DNA of 61,250 bases, filler included, from Dugesia japonica (Eukaryota): the NCBI GenBank assembly GCA_001938525.1. It is 6 parts of 6 records of this genome, joined end to end, with 100 filler letters (N's around TTAATTAATTAA, not from the genome) between each part and the next. Parts side by side here need not be neighbours in the genome. Positions count along the whole stretch, not along the records: positions 20,951 to 29,777 come from MQRL01606445.1; positions 29,878 to 39,227 come from MQRL01557401.1; 4 more parts are not named here. One strand, written 5' to 3'. A model generated the notes under the pieces. That model was not told where the DNA came from. It saw nothing but the letters and a program-made list of their open reading frames with translations, and made no database searches. This document shows positions 23,560 through 37,499 of this stretch, one piece after another. The translations under genes and the position numbers were made by a program. Position 1 is the first letter of the stretch; the number at the start of each line of letters is the position of its first letter.

Positions 23560-25090
23560 CAGATCAACGCAAGCAGCTCCTCGATTTTCGGTTGAATTGT
23601 GGAAGTACAGAGTTGCAGATTGTTTAGGAAGATTTAATATAAATCTAAGTTGGAATTTTCCGTCAATAAATGCTGCATTTCAAAGGGTAATTCATCAAAT
23701 AAGAGAATTTACATGAGGAATTTAAATTCATTTATTTAATTGTTAATCAATAACCGAAGCTCAATTAAGGATATTTATTTATTTTTCATGACAAAACAAG
23801 ATAGCAATTTTATTTATTATAAAATCATCAGGGCTCAGAAAAAATTTCAATATTTTCATGGGGAGTTCTTTTCTATATTATAAAGTTAAATGAAAAAAAT
23901 ATATCTGAAAGGTCAACAATTTAATGAAACTGATTGCATGGGTTCTGCTATCATTGATCTTCAAAATAACAAAAGTAAAAGTAATGAAGCCACTCATCTA
24001 TTGTCCAGATACTCACAAATTTCCATTAAAACATTTCAAATTGATTTGCTTGATGAAGCTTCTAAATCATACAGACTTTGTAGTCAAATTTTTTATGAGT
24101 GAAGAACTACGTAGCACCAGAATTTGCTTCTCTTTCCCTCTGATCGACAAGGGAGTGAGAAATCGAAAAACTGAATTGTTTCCAAATATTCGTATGTAAG
24201 CGTGTCTTTTTCATTTAAAACAAGCTGTAATAAAATTTATTGTAAGCTGCACTTAAACAATCTTTTTACAAAAAATAAACCAGCAAAAATCTTAAATTGG
24301 TTTATATTGAACATTGAATTTTTACCAACATACAGAATAGTTGATTCTTTTGAAATGTTGAAAAATATTCGATTTGGTCTTCGTAATCATCAATTAAATA
24401 TTGAAATATTCAAAAACTATTTTAGTAGGACTTGGTTAAGAGATTTACAATTAATCAGCTGGTTTGATTTTAATTGTAAAACAAAGAATTTTAGTAAAAC
24501 TGTGAATAGGAATTTGAAATCCATCTTTGTTGTTCACAATACCTATTCTTGGTTTTTTTTTATTGAAAGGTTAAATACTAACATTAGAAATTTTGACTTG
24601 GAAATTTTAAGAATCAATAACAATTTAATGATAACTGGGCAACGTAATCCAGTAAATCTCATCTCACTACCTTTATATCTGCAATATTAATTGATTTCAC
24701 ATTCAATTGATGTCATTTGAATTCTTCGTGCAGTTTCTCCAATTGGACAAATTATTATTTTAAATACAGCATTTATTGCAAGAATTCTCAGACAAATAAT
24801 TGCCAAACTGAGTTAGAAATTCAGATTATGGATGGGATTAACAGACCTTTAGAGTGCAGTTACAGTGATAAATCATGAGCATTTTGTGGAAATGATAATT
24901 TTCTTCAATTTCTTCGAAGGTTGCAGAAATTGCTAAAAACTGTCATTTGATTCCATAATCGTGTAGGAAACATTCGATGTAATTGTGGACTATTTCAACT
25001 ATTTTGTTGCAAATGTACTAAGAGAGTAGTCGAAATTTCATCAGAAAACAGTCAGTTATAACAATATCCTATGTACAAAACTGAAATTGA
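23560..25090 (+). mobile_element. MULE/Mutator transposase remnants
   Basis: IEFLP...FKNYFSRTWL...ISWF...KTKNFS..VNRNLK...SWFFFIERL (24202-24690) and PRFSVELW (~23580) fit the MULE C-terminus; Cys-rich remnant near 24950-25080. Confidence 0.55.
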
Positions 25091-25903
25091 ACAATTTTAT
25101 ATAATTTATAAGTTGTTCGTATTGCTTTGTATTTTATATTATAATTTTGATGGATATTATAATTTTAACGGAATTAAATCATTTTAATTGACTTCGAAAA
25201 AAATTTAAATGAGTCAATCTTTTTAAAATATCTGGTATTTAAATAAATTAAAAATAATTTAATTCCAATGATCATTATTAATAATTTTGTAGAAAAATTC
25301 ATTTGTTGAAATTAGTTCTGTATCCCTTTCCTATAAAAAATATATCAAGATTTTATAAATAAACAATTGCATTTAAAATCTACTAATCAAAAGATTTTCA
25401 TAAAAATTTCTTAGAGTGTTCATGGTAATACAAGTGATAATAAATTTGACAACGATTAATAGAGAAAAATATGGTTAATAAAGTAATAAAGATAAATAAT
25501 GAGATCAATATTTCAGCGGTAATTGTTAAGGTAGAAATAAAATCGTCAATTCAAATAATCTAAATAATTATTTCTCCGGAAAAATAAAAATAAGGCAAAA
25601 ATTATTTATTAGTCAATATAATATCTTTCAATTTTAAAACGTGATGCCAATTTTATACAGAATCTTATTTAAAGATTTTAAAGATTAACTGCATTTTCTA
25701 GGTTTTACCATGAAAACATGTCAGGTGATTTTATTTGATGGGAATTGTGCGATTATATTTAGCAGTTTAAACAGTTATAAATAATGGACAATTTTTGAAT
25801 TTTTTAATCTAATTAAATTTTTTATAATATTTATTCAATCTACCATAAACAGTGTTTTTAAATCATAAAATATCAAAATAAAATAATATATTAATGTAAA
25901 TAA

Positions 25904-25907
<4 letters not shown>

Positions 25908-25950
<43 letters not shown>

Positions 25951-25951
25951 G
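25908..25951. repeat. (ATT)n microsatellite (also 26322-26392 and 37305-37500)
   Basis: Directly visible trinucleotide runs. Confidence 0.95.
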
Positions 25952-26321
25952 ACGCTGGTCAATGTTAACATTCATCAAACTTTATCCTGGTTGAAATAAA
26001 TGAGATTTTGTCTTTCAAAATCGCAAATTTCAAATTTTGGCGCTCAATTCTATCTACGTAAATAACTCATATGGCTTCAAATTTGGTATCATTGAACTCA
26101 GGAAGAAAAAGTAACTGGACAAAGTTAAAATATCGTCTAAGGGAAAATGCTTCATATCGAAGTTATAAATCTGTCCTCCCGGATTTGGCAATCTTTTCAA
26201 AAAATAAAAACTCAAAGTTAAACATTAAAGTATCTATTCGATAGAGAATTTTATGATGAGTAAGAATATGTNNNNNNNNNNNNNNNNNNNNNNNNNNNNN
26301 NNNNNNNNNNNNNNNNNNNNN

Positions 26322-26372
<51 letters not shown>

Positions 26373-26391
26373 GTTATTATTATTATTATTA

Positions 26392-28910
26392 TGACGCTGG
26401 TCAATGTTAACATTCATCAAACTTTATTCTGGTTGAAATAAATGAGATTTTGTCTTTCAAAATCGCAAATTTCAAATTTTGGCGCTCAATTCTTTCTATG
26501 TAAATAACTCATATGGCTTCAAATTTGGTATCATTGAACTGAGGAAGAAAAAGTAACTGGACAAAGTTAAAATATCGTCTAAGGGAAAATGCTTCCTATC
26601 GAAGTTATAAATCTGTCCTCCCGGATTTGGCAATCTTTCCAAAAAATAAAAACTCAAAGTTAAACATTAAAGTATCTATTCGATAGAGAATTTTATGATG
26701 AGTAAGAATATGTAAATCTTCCATAGCAAACCTAATAGATAAAACGCTATAGAGAAAATATGTATGTAATTTAATAGTCTCTCCCGAGAAACAATGATAT
26801 TAGTTGCATCCTGAGTATTGAAAATGTTTGTACCATCAAAGTATCTATTCGATAGAACATCTTACGACAAGTACGAAAATCACGGTTAAAACTCGTCAAT
26901 TATTAACCATGATGAAATATATTGAAAAAAAAGTGTAAAATAAATTGTCAATACTTTGATTTAAACCCATCATTGATGAGCTGTAAATGAAAGCTTGTTA
27001 CCACTGGTCCATCTATCCAATAAAACCTTTCAATGATCATTATTAATTAGGGTAAAAATCATCAATCATTATCATCAATGAAATAAATAAAAAAAACAAG
27101 TACTTATTATAGGTTGATCTCCTGGAGAATACCACAGAGGTTTGAAAAAATAAAAAGTAATCCCAAACTTTTATCACTAAATGTCACTCTTTAAAGATTA
27201 ATAATGTATGGTATAGGAAGAAAGATATAGCCATTCTTTACAAAAAAGAGAAAGCATGAATTAAAACACAATGGGAAATAGAGAAAATATAATTAAACTT
27301 TGAGAAATAGGAAAAAAACAACAGGCAAATAGAGAAACTATAGCGAAATAGGGATAAATAGAGAAAATATGGTAAAAAGAGGGGAAATGAACAAAAATGG
27401 GAAGAAAACGCGGTCAAATTTACATTATTCAGTATTTTATATGATAAGCCCATTATTTTCAAAGCTTGTTTTTTTAATGACGTTGCCCGTATTTCCCATG
27501 TTATACATATATTTTCAACAGTGAAACCATTATTTTCTATGATGACTCCTTCATATTCTAAGATAAATCATAAATTTCATAAATAAAGTGAGGGTGAAAC
27601 TGAGGGGCGCGCTGGGATCCATACGAGTAACAGGCAGAGGATAAAGCAGAAAGATGAATGATATAGATTTTATTGAAAAGTCTACATATAATCAAAGCAT
27701 AGTCTAAGTGACAATTGGTATATTACGTAACAATTACACACATAAAATCTATTATATAATCAATAACATGATATTTGATCAATTATTTAATAATTAATCT
27801 TAACTTGGTAGTTAAGTATTAAATTTTCCCCCTAAAGGCACAGAAAAGAGAAAGATAAAACCGGCATATGAGAGAGATGATTAGAAAAGAAAGATATTGC
27901 TAATCGTTATAGAAATGAAATAGTTATGTTAATATTCTTCTCTTCTACTCTTTATTGGTTTTCTTTTACACTTCTTCTTCTTCTCCAGGGAAAATTTATT
28001 ACGTAACATATCAATGAAAGATTAATCATTTTTAACTATTTATTGAAAAGTCCTCCTTAAGACGATATCAGTAGGGTGTCTGGAATCATCATTTACTGAA
28101 AATGAACAAGTGCTAAGACAGCGTGGGTCTCACGCTTTTTTAGCAAATTTTCTCTTGTCTCAATCAGGAAAATGCCTGTTCCAGCAGGCATTGGAGTTTT
28201 CACAACGGACAAGCTAGAACTCTTGAGATAAAATAGATTCAACGAATTTGGAATTTTTTCATGTAGAAGAAGTTAATTAGGGTTCCCAAATTTTCCCACC
28301 ATTTTCTAATGCCTTCTTCTTTTTTTCTTCTCTTTTTGTTTTGTTTGACAGCTTCCCACAGGGTGAACTAGGACATGATTAATCCTCGGGGAATTTTTCT
28401 AGCCTGTAAGAAGGCTTTGGTTATCACGGCGTGTTTAATACGTGTAGTTCTTAATTAATGGCTAGTTCAAATCCATTGGTTGACCATTTATTTTACACTT
28501 CATTTGGTGTTAAAATCTAGTGATAAAAACTTTTACAATATTCAGGATGCAACTAATATCCTTGGTCCTCGGGAGAGACTATTAAATTACGTACATTTTT
28601 TCACTATAACGTTTTATCTATTAGGTTTGCTGTGTAAGATTTACATATTCTTACTCATCATATAATTCTCTATCGAATAGATACTTTAATGTTTAACTTT
28701 GAGTATTTATTTTGTGAAAGGTTGCCAAATCCGGGAGGACAGATTTATAACTTCGATAGGACGCATTTTTCCTTAGACGATATTTTAAATTTGTCCAGTA
28801 ACTTTTATTTGATTGATCGCAAAAATTCGAAATTTGCGATTTTCATAGACAAAACATGATTTATTTCAACGACGATAAAGTTTGACGAATTTTAACTATG
28901 ACCCTCGCGA
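26392..28910. mobile_element. Non-autonomous element with ~300-350 bp terminal inverted repeats
   Basis: 26395-26745 is the reverse complement of 28612-28905 (e.g. CTGTCCTCCCGGATTTGGCAA / TTGCCAAATCCGGGAGGACAG); no transposase inside. Confidence 0.7.
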
Positions 28911-29877
28911 TAGCATAAATTTCTCTATCTAATAAACATAATTATTTTATGTAAAGATGATAAAAAAAATTTCCGAAAAGTTTTTATTTATGAAAAGTAA
29001 TTTCGATAGAATTTTGCATCGACTGATGTAAAAATCTTGATAAAAACCTTTTTAAAAAGTTTCGAAATTATGGATATTCACTCGGATTTCATAAAAGTTA
29101 TTTTTTAAAAATTTAAAATCTGAAAATTTAAACAAAGATGACCTAATTTCATCGATTTTCATAAAATTATTCCATAAAAAATTTTTATCGCTTAAATAAA
29201 AAGATTAAAATTTGAAAATTATTTGTTAAACTGAAAAAATACGAGCAAAAGCTATATAATCCACATAAATTTACTCACCGCCTAAAAAGCCTAAATTCCA
29301 AACCACTTAATCCATTATGCAATAATGTCGCCGACGAAATTAATACAATTATGTAATGGATACAAATGTGTGCAACCGCATATTTACATTTAAAAAATTC
29401 AGAGCCACTTATGTAATAATTTTTACAGAAGAGGGAAGGTGTCTTAGTGCGCACCGATCTACTGTCCAAGATAAATCATAAGATATTTGAAAATGTTAGC
29501 AGTTTTCAGGAGGAATGCTCCTACCCAATAAATTATTATATAGAAAGATGAAGACACAATTCANATAGAAGATAAAAACTCATGGAATACCAACAATACA
29601 ATCGTTTAGTTTATTTATAATAAACACTTGTTATTTGTATAAAAAAAACATTAAAAACCACACAATCAATTAAAACATTTCAACGTATATTATTCACAAA
29701 AGTTGAAATTACAGTTTTTGAAGCATAAAAGCCACTGTCAAGTAGTTTTTCTTGTGAACGTATTATGTCTCTTCACANNNNNNNNNNNNNNNNNNNNNNN
29801 NNNNNNNNNNNNNNNNNNNNNTTAATTAATTAANNNNNNNNNNNNNNNNNNNNNNNNNNNNNNNNNNNNNNNNNNNN

Positions 29878-30510
29878 TATTCCAAATTGTATTTTTACAC
29901 TTTTCATTTCTTCGATTATCTTCAATAATTTTTCTATTAAACTATCCGGTAGAATTATTTGTTTCATATTTAATTTGGATACGTCAAGTTTCAATATTTG
30001 ATGACACTTATATAGGTCAATTTCTATGGTAGGTTCATTAAGAGAACGCCAACTTGCGTTTCTTTTTCATCTAAAAACCTATGTAAAACTATATTTTCAT
30101 CGCCTTCTTCCATATCTTATTCATTCATTTCTTTGATTATTTCAACATTACTCCAATCTGGTTCCTCAATAATATTCACTTCTGGATCTAATTTTATTTT
30201 CTTACATGGAATTTCTTCTAATATTTCCAATAGTAATTGTNNNNNNNNNNNNNNNNNNNNNNNNNNNNNNNNNNNNNNNNNNNNNNNNNNTATTTCCAAT
30301 AGTAATTGTTTCTTACCAACAATAAAACATGTCAAATGATGTACACGCAACCTATAAAATTCATCATATGTACTTAAAACGAGTGTGGTGCATGCTGGAC
30401 ATATAAAATATTTTCTCCCGTAATAAATAATAGTATATCTGCATCACTTTATGACAGTCAACATTGTGTCTTGTGTTATTACAGTAGTTTTTGTAGAGTA
30501 AACATTTATC
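29878..30510 (-). pseudogene. pPolB N-terminal fragment, Polinton B (copy 1)
   Basis: HHLTCF..KKQLLLEI, acidic linker, then IEIDLYKCHQILKLDVS...MKSVKIQFG, homologous to 32211-33038. Confidence 0.7.
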
Positions 30511-31066
30511 TAAAAGAATATTGATATAAAGTGTAGCAGAATAATTGTTAAAAATATATAAAATGTCAATAAAACTTATTTAATTGCTATATTATTATAA
30601 TCAAATCAATAAAATTACAATTAAAATCGATAAACATATTAAGTCGGGTAACACCATACTAAAAAGTAATAAAAACTTTAAAATATATATTTATCATACA
30701 TTAAAATCAGTAATTTAAATCATTAAATTAAAATAATTAAGTTATATCATTAAATTACATCATTGAGTTCAATTAAAATCATGAAATTAAGTAAAAATTA
30801 TTAAGTTAAAATTTGATAATATTATGTTAAGTNNNNNNNNNNNNNNNNNNNNNNNNNNNNNNNNNNNNNNNNNNNNNNNNNNGAAATTAAGTAAAAATTA
30901 TTAAGTTAAAATTTGATAATATTATGTTAAGTTTAAATCATTACAATAAAAATTATGATAGTTAACTTAACAATGTAAATAAAATCATTACAATAAACAT
31001 TGCAATGAAATTAACTTATTAATACACTAAAAATGATGATAATATTATGTAAAGTTCGATCTCAAT

Positions 31067-32024
31067 ATGATATACTGTAAGAACTGTTCTTCCAAGTTTT
31101 ATCAGAGGACTTCAATGAATGAAATAAATTCTTCTGATGATTCTCAGACGTTCCTAAGTAGCTCATCTATGAGCAAAAAGGACAAAGTCGAGAACATCTC
31201 ACTGCTTGGTCACAATAGTGATAGTTTCGCCTTTTTAAAGCAGAATGTTCAATTCTCACTTTCAAATAAACTTACCGCTGCTCATGTATGTAAGGGTGAA
31301 ATTGTCAATAGTGCTTCATTCATTTGTAGATCTTCATGATAATGGTGTATTATTGGACTTGGTTACCCCGGCTAAAATTGTTAATGAAATTACGGATAAT
31401 GGAATTGATCAGTTGAATTCAATTGTTGATAAATCTGCTAAAGATGTAATAATTGACATGGTTACCCCAGCTAAAATCATTAAAGAAAATACGGATAATG
31501 AAATGGATCTGTTGAATTTTTTGAAATTTATGGAGTTCTGCCTAAAATATGCAAATGAGCCAAACAATGACTGCTGCCTCGATCTCCTCAAAACGATGAT
31601 GAATATTGGTCTCTACAAGTATCATTTGCGATACGGATCCTGTGCCAGAAAATGCGAACAACGATGCTCTTGGCGAGACTGTGAGGACATCAATGGATCA
31701 TGCTTTTTCCATCAGAAGTACTTCTCTAAAGCTCGGAAATGCAATGAAAAATGCAATTTCTTGGCATTTTCTGAAGAATGGAACGCAGATCAATGTACGT
31801 TTATCACTGAATTTAGTTTAAAGTTCTTAAATTGTAAATTTTGTAAAGATACCTTTCATTTTATTTTTGATGTTAATTTTATTAGTGTTTTTAATGTTTT
31901 TTATTATAATTATTTTAATAATTTTAACGAGTTTGAAACTGTGAAGTTTGCAGATTTTTTTAAATGCCTTCACTCAAATACTGAAAATGCATGTTTAAAC
32001 GCTAAGATTTTAAGGCTGTGCTGA
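31067..32024 (+). pseudogene. Cys-rich accessory protein with a 33-aa tandem duplication
   Basis: Overlapping ORFs 31067-31339 and 31245-32024 (probable frameshift); LDLVTPAKIVNEITDN / IDMVTPAKIIKENTDN; CARKCEQRC..DC..SC..H..RKCNEKC. Confidence 0.55.
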
Positions 32025-32210
32025 CCACATTTGTTATATCAAATAGTTACAGAAATTTTTTCAGAAATGAGAAAACTCGTAAAACTACTGACAGAAGCAA
32101 TAAAATGCCCATTCTCTATAAATTCATGCAAAGATTCTATAAATACATAGCTAAACAAACTCCACAACCTTATGTAGTGGTGAGGAATAGACCTCTCCCG
32201 AAACTTGGCG

Positions 32211-33400
32211 TTAATGGACCAATTTTTCACCATCGCATTTAGATCGATGTATGATGTCTAAATTTGGATGTTGCATTACTACATCATCATCAATCAAAAG
32301 TTCGTCATCATTCCAGAATAGTACGTTGATTGATAAACCCGGATTTTGCCTTTCAAATTTGGCTATACCATTCAATTTCATTGACAGGTCTGCTTCATCG
32401 AATACTAATTCAGACATGTACCTTGTATATTTGCTCGGTCTGCATTTATTGTTTTTAATTTCATTCTGTTTTAGTATAGCTAGTATACTGTAAAGGAAAC
32501 ATTTATTGTCACTATTTTGTACATTTATAATAGCATGTTTCCTTTTTAGTTTCCGTAGAGTTTTAATATAACTGTGTCCACTCAATCGACTTATATTTGC
32601 TGTTTTTGTAATTTTTAAATTATCTTCAAGGATTCTACTCAAAATCCAACTTGATCCTATTTCATTTTGTACCACAATTTTCTCATTTAGGGAATTTATT
32701 CCATCCACAAAAAATGTATCACTTAGAGGAACGGCGTGATAAGACATATTACATGTCTTTATCTCCTCATCTTTAACAAATTTGACATTGATTCCAAATT
32801 GTATTTTAACATCACGTAGCTCCAGTATTGTTCGGTTTAGTTCCGCAATCAATGAATCGGGTAAAATTATTTCCATTGTATTCCATGTTGATATATCAAC
32901 TTTTAAAATCTGATGACAATGATACAAATCCGTTTCAATCACTACATTATTTATTGATCCACTGACTGTTACTTCATCCAAATCAACTACTTGATTATTT
33001 TCTCCATCGTCCGTCTTTGCATCATACTCGTAAAACACTTAAAAATTGCTCCAATCTTCACCACTCTCTTCTTCTTCACTATCTTTAATTACAATAATAT
33101 CCATCGTTTCTTCACTATCTTCAATCAATATTGATTTCTCTTGCACTGGTTCCTTTTCAATAATTATTGTTTCCTCTTCATTTAATTTTACTTTCTTTGC
33201 TGCAGGACCTACTATTTCATTATTTAATATTATTTTTAATAATTTCTTTTATTTTTAGTAAACTGTACTAGGTGGTCTGCATACAAGCTATAAAAATTTT
33301 TATATTTTTCTAAATCTATTGACCGACAAGTAGGACATATGCAGTACTTTTCCCATAAAATGATAGCTTATAATACATTTTCATATTTTTATGTCAATCA
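32211..33400 (-). pseudogene. pPolB N-terminal region, Polinton B (copy 2), truncated
   Basis: GSSWILSRI, SGHSYIKT, AIINVQNSDNKCFLYSILA, KFERQNPGLSINV. Confidence 0.85.
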
Positions 33401-34210
33401 TCTTTTTGGAAAGAATTGGAGCAGTAGCTTTAATAAATTGAACATCGCTCTAAATTAATATTTAATTTAAAATAATTTTAATTAATATTTAAAATTTTAG
33501 AAATTTATTAATTAATTAATTAAAAATACTATTTGCTTAAGTAAGAACAAATTGCAATATAAATGTATTATGAATGCAATATAAATACAATTTTAACAAA
33601 GATATCTTTGTTTTAGAAATGTAAATTTAAAATAATGAAATAAATATTTGCAACTAAAATTTTATTTTAATAAAATATTTTAAATTATTAATAAACTTTC
33701 ATTTAAAGAATCATAAAAGATATATATTTCATTAAAATCAAGGAACACTTTAAAAGCAATGAAATAAAAATTTTACAAAACAAAAGTCTTTAAATTTCTT
33801 GTGAATTCTATATATAAAAAAATTCAAATTCGCCGATAAACGCGCATATTGTTTTGAGAGTTTTAGCAAATAATTTCTGGATTCAATAAAATTCCTAAAA
33901 TTCAAGTAAATAAATTATATAGTATTACTTTTCTCTTATTTCATTTCATTTTTATTTTCAATAAAAAAAATATCAACTAATTTTATTTTCCAATATGATA
34001 TCAATATAATAACCACGTTCACTAAATTTATAAAATCAAGTAAATAAATTATAGAGTATAGTTATGTTTTCGGTTATTTCATTTTCAAGAAAAATTTATA
34101 AAATATCAACTAAATTTTATTTTAATATATGCTTCGCAAATGATATCATTACATTTATGAAAATCATAAAAAAGTCCATATTCGTAAGTTAACATGTTTC
34201 TTAATTCGGG

Positions 34211-34244
<34 letters not shown>

Positions 34245-35298
34245 TGTTTTCATTTAAAACAAAATCCGCATCAACATTAATAGGAGCATTATTCAAAGCA
34301 ACAGCATTTGATAAAATATCCCTATTAATCATATCATATTTCTAAAATCAAATATATAGTATAAATATCGAAAATATATATGTATTAATTTACAATTAAT
34401 GTATTCTTTCTCTTCATTCCAGCTTTATTTGATTTTGGTTTATTATCAGTTGATTTCAAAATAATGGTTAGTTGAAATCAAATAAAATAAAAATAATAAA
34501 TTTACCATGTTCAATAATCTCGATTTATCATCTGCATTCTTTTCTTTATTTAAATAATTCAAAATCTATAATTAAATTTTAATTAATTTTCTTAAACAAC
34601 TAAGTGAAATTTAATGTAATTAAACAATTTCATAAATAATGATAATTTATCATTTAAATTGATAATAAATAATAAATTTACCAAATTCATTTGACTTTTT
34701 CTAGAATTTTCTTGATTGTTGACATTATTCATATTGTTCATACTAAAATGTAAAAAAAATTAATATAGATTAAATATAAATAAAAAATAAATGTTACTTG
34801 AGTTACACTCAGATTTGTTTTGGTTTTCTAAAAATTTTTAAAAATATGTTATACTTGATAATCTGAAATTTGATTGATTAGCCAATCAGATTGTAGTAAA
34901 ACTAGCACGGAAAATTAAATTAAATTTACAGTAAAATTTATAATACCACAACGTAAAATATTTAGAAATTTACTTGTGTTAACAAAGGCATTATGAAATT
35001 ACAATGCATAATTAACAGAGTTTTAATCATATTATTAATAATATTTTAAAATAATTTTTAAAAAAAAATAATAAAATAAAGACTTTTATTTCTATAAATT
35101 TATTATTTTTTTTGTTAAATACAATAACTGTACAGCAAGCATAATGTATACATTTTAAATATAATTTTGATTTTTCAACCATAATATCAATGTATATTGA
35201 AGTAAAATCAAAAGTAATTTTTATATGATACATTTATTTACATACAACATATACATTTTCAACTACAATGTTGATTATATTCTACATAATGTTAACTT

Positions 35299-35700
35299 TT
35301 AACTAAAATGTTGATTTTGAAGCCATAATAAACAATGTTGACTGTAGGTTGTTGAAAACGTATTTTTAAATCTAATTTTGTTATATTCAATTGGCTTGGA
35401 TAATTTTGAGACATGTGAGACCAATATATGTGGATAATAAAATCCGAGCGGATCCAAAACTGAAATAATTCCAGGCTTATGATAAACTGCTATCTTATGT
35501 CCTCTAACAAGATTTGATGTATCAGTATTGACGATTAGGGCTTTATTAACTGAAAAGTATGGAAGTTTGTCTAACGGATATATTTCCAACCACGACGATC
35601 CCAACAATTTTGATCCCATTTTGATTAATCTGAAAAAAACTAATAAAGTAAAATATTGAAATTAAATAAAAAACCTTACTTCATAATTTTTATTATTTGA
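35299..35700 (-). pseudogene. Adenain-like protease, Polinton B, with a putative 50-bp intron
   Basis: IYPLDKLP, LIVNTD...GHKIAV, LDPLG, SQHCLLWL; GTAAGG...TTTTCAG at 35679-35630. Confidence 0.75.
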
Positions 35701-35716
35701 TTTTATTAGATATTGT

Positions 35717-36916
35717 TTACACTAGTACGGTTTTATTAGCATTTATTTGGATTTCGCTTTCAAATACTCTATATATTTTAACATATGCTGGCGCAGTCAA
35801 AGCTTTAGCAAACTTTATATCCAATCTTAAATTTCGTTGTTGAGGCATTTGACTCCGATTAATATCGAAGTTCGGAGCCAATACAAATGTTAAAAACGAA
35901 AATTTGCTTTTATATTCTTCAAGTGTTATTCCACAATTCATATTCTTATCCAGATATCCCATATTTCAAACAACACTTCGCATATATGTTATACTATAAT
36001 CATCTTTTTGAAAATCTTGAATATATGTCTCTCGATAATCAATGTTTTTCGATAAAGATATGGAAGTAGCATTTAAATCTTGAAATGTTGTAGTAGAGAT
36101 TTTATAATTACCATTATATTGATCTCCATTTTGAAATGTAATTAAAAGAAAGTTGGGTAAACAGCAATCACCAAATATTTGCTCCTTATAAAATGATGTA
36201 CTATCTTTACTAATTGCAAACGCAACAGTTTTCTTCTTTCTTATCGGATAAATTGTATTTTTTTATTTAATCCCAATTGATGACCAGCCAATACTGACGG
36301 TTCATCGCGTTATATATCTAGTTATACATAGTTAGGTTTATTGACTGCAGATTTCAAACAAATGTTAGCAGTTGCTCTTTTCAATTGAATGTGAACATTG
36401 ACACCTGGAATAAGATATTTTGGTTGATTCATAAAATCTAATTGCGATGAACCACATAGGACAATGATTTTTATTTTTTAATAGAAGCTTTTCTATTTTC
36501 TTCTGATCTATATCTCATTGCTGTAAGACAGATATTCTTACTGTCGCCATTATAATTCAATATAGTTTTAATCAATGCTTTTTGAATATAGGTTCCATTA
36601 ACCATTCAATTGTGTAATTATTAAATGAAAGAATTATATCCTTCAAAAGTGTATGCAACATATAGTTACTAGGAACTGTATCATGAGTGTCAGTCAAATC
36701 TTTGCCTGCCTTATCAACTACCTTTAGTTTATTATACAATAAAGTATCATTCAAATCTAAATATTAAGTTTGAGATTCATTTATATGAAATTCTACATCG
36801 CTTTTTGGTTTAGAAATTGAATTCACTGGAAACACATCTTCAAATGCAGCATTTTCAGTAACTGCTTGAGGTGATGGACAATCAAAAATACATAATTCAG
36901 TTTAATCGCAAATCAT
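35717..36916 (-). pseudogene. Major capsid protein, Polinton B (F54H12.2-type)
   Basis: ELCIFDCPSPQAVTE...VEFHI...YLDLNDTLLY...PSNYMLHTL...ILIPGVNVHIQL...CGITLEEY...NLRLDIKFAKAL...FESEIQI; several lesions. Confidence 0.85.
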
Positions 36917-37336
36917 TTTCAAATATTGTTCCATGTCCTCTCATTCGTTTGTTTATACCTTTTGCTTTAGATTTTCTACGCTTTTTAATAATTTTTTGTG
37001 GTTGTTTTGTTATCATATTACTTATTTCCGATGGAATCATTTTTTCGATACTGGATGGTAACTTGTTTGCTACTTTTGAGATCATTTTAGTTACTCTACT
37101 AGGTAACCAAGACACTACATAACCAAGTTCTGCCAATGCATTAGATTTCCATGTTGGTAATGTTGGGATGTGGTCCACTATAAATGTGAATTTTGATAAT
37201 TAACTCAAACATTTATCAAATTGATCATTGATTTTAACTTTTATGAATATTTTTTCAGTGCTTGGCTTTATTTTTTTTATTGCATGATCGTAGTTATGTT
37301 GTTAATATCATTATTATAATTATTATTGTTATTATA

Positions 37337-37383
<47 letters not shown>

Positions 37384-37433
37384 NNNNNNNNNNNNNNNNN
37401 NNNNNNNNNNNNNNNNNNNNNNNNNNNNNNNNN

Positions 37434-37499
<66 letters not shown>

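Noticed and set aside
25908-26271. Tandem duplication of ~320 bp plus ATT run
   Set aside because: Near-identical sequence on both sides of an N gap (also at 30241 and 30833) is most likely an unmerged overlap.
26163-26441. Poly-N/poly-I ORFs (also 37262-37531)
   Set aside because: Translations of ATT microsatellites spanning N gaps.
27499-28008. Possible solo LTR(s) ending in ATTACGTAACA
   Set aside because: No matching target-site duplication found.
29445-29464. TAGTGCGCACCGATCTACTG resembling the Polinton terminus at 43843
   Set aside because: Partial match only, with no adjacent subterminal homology.
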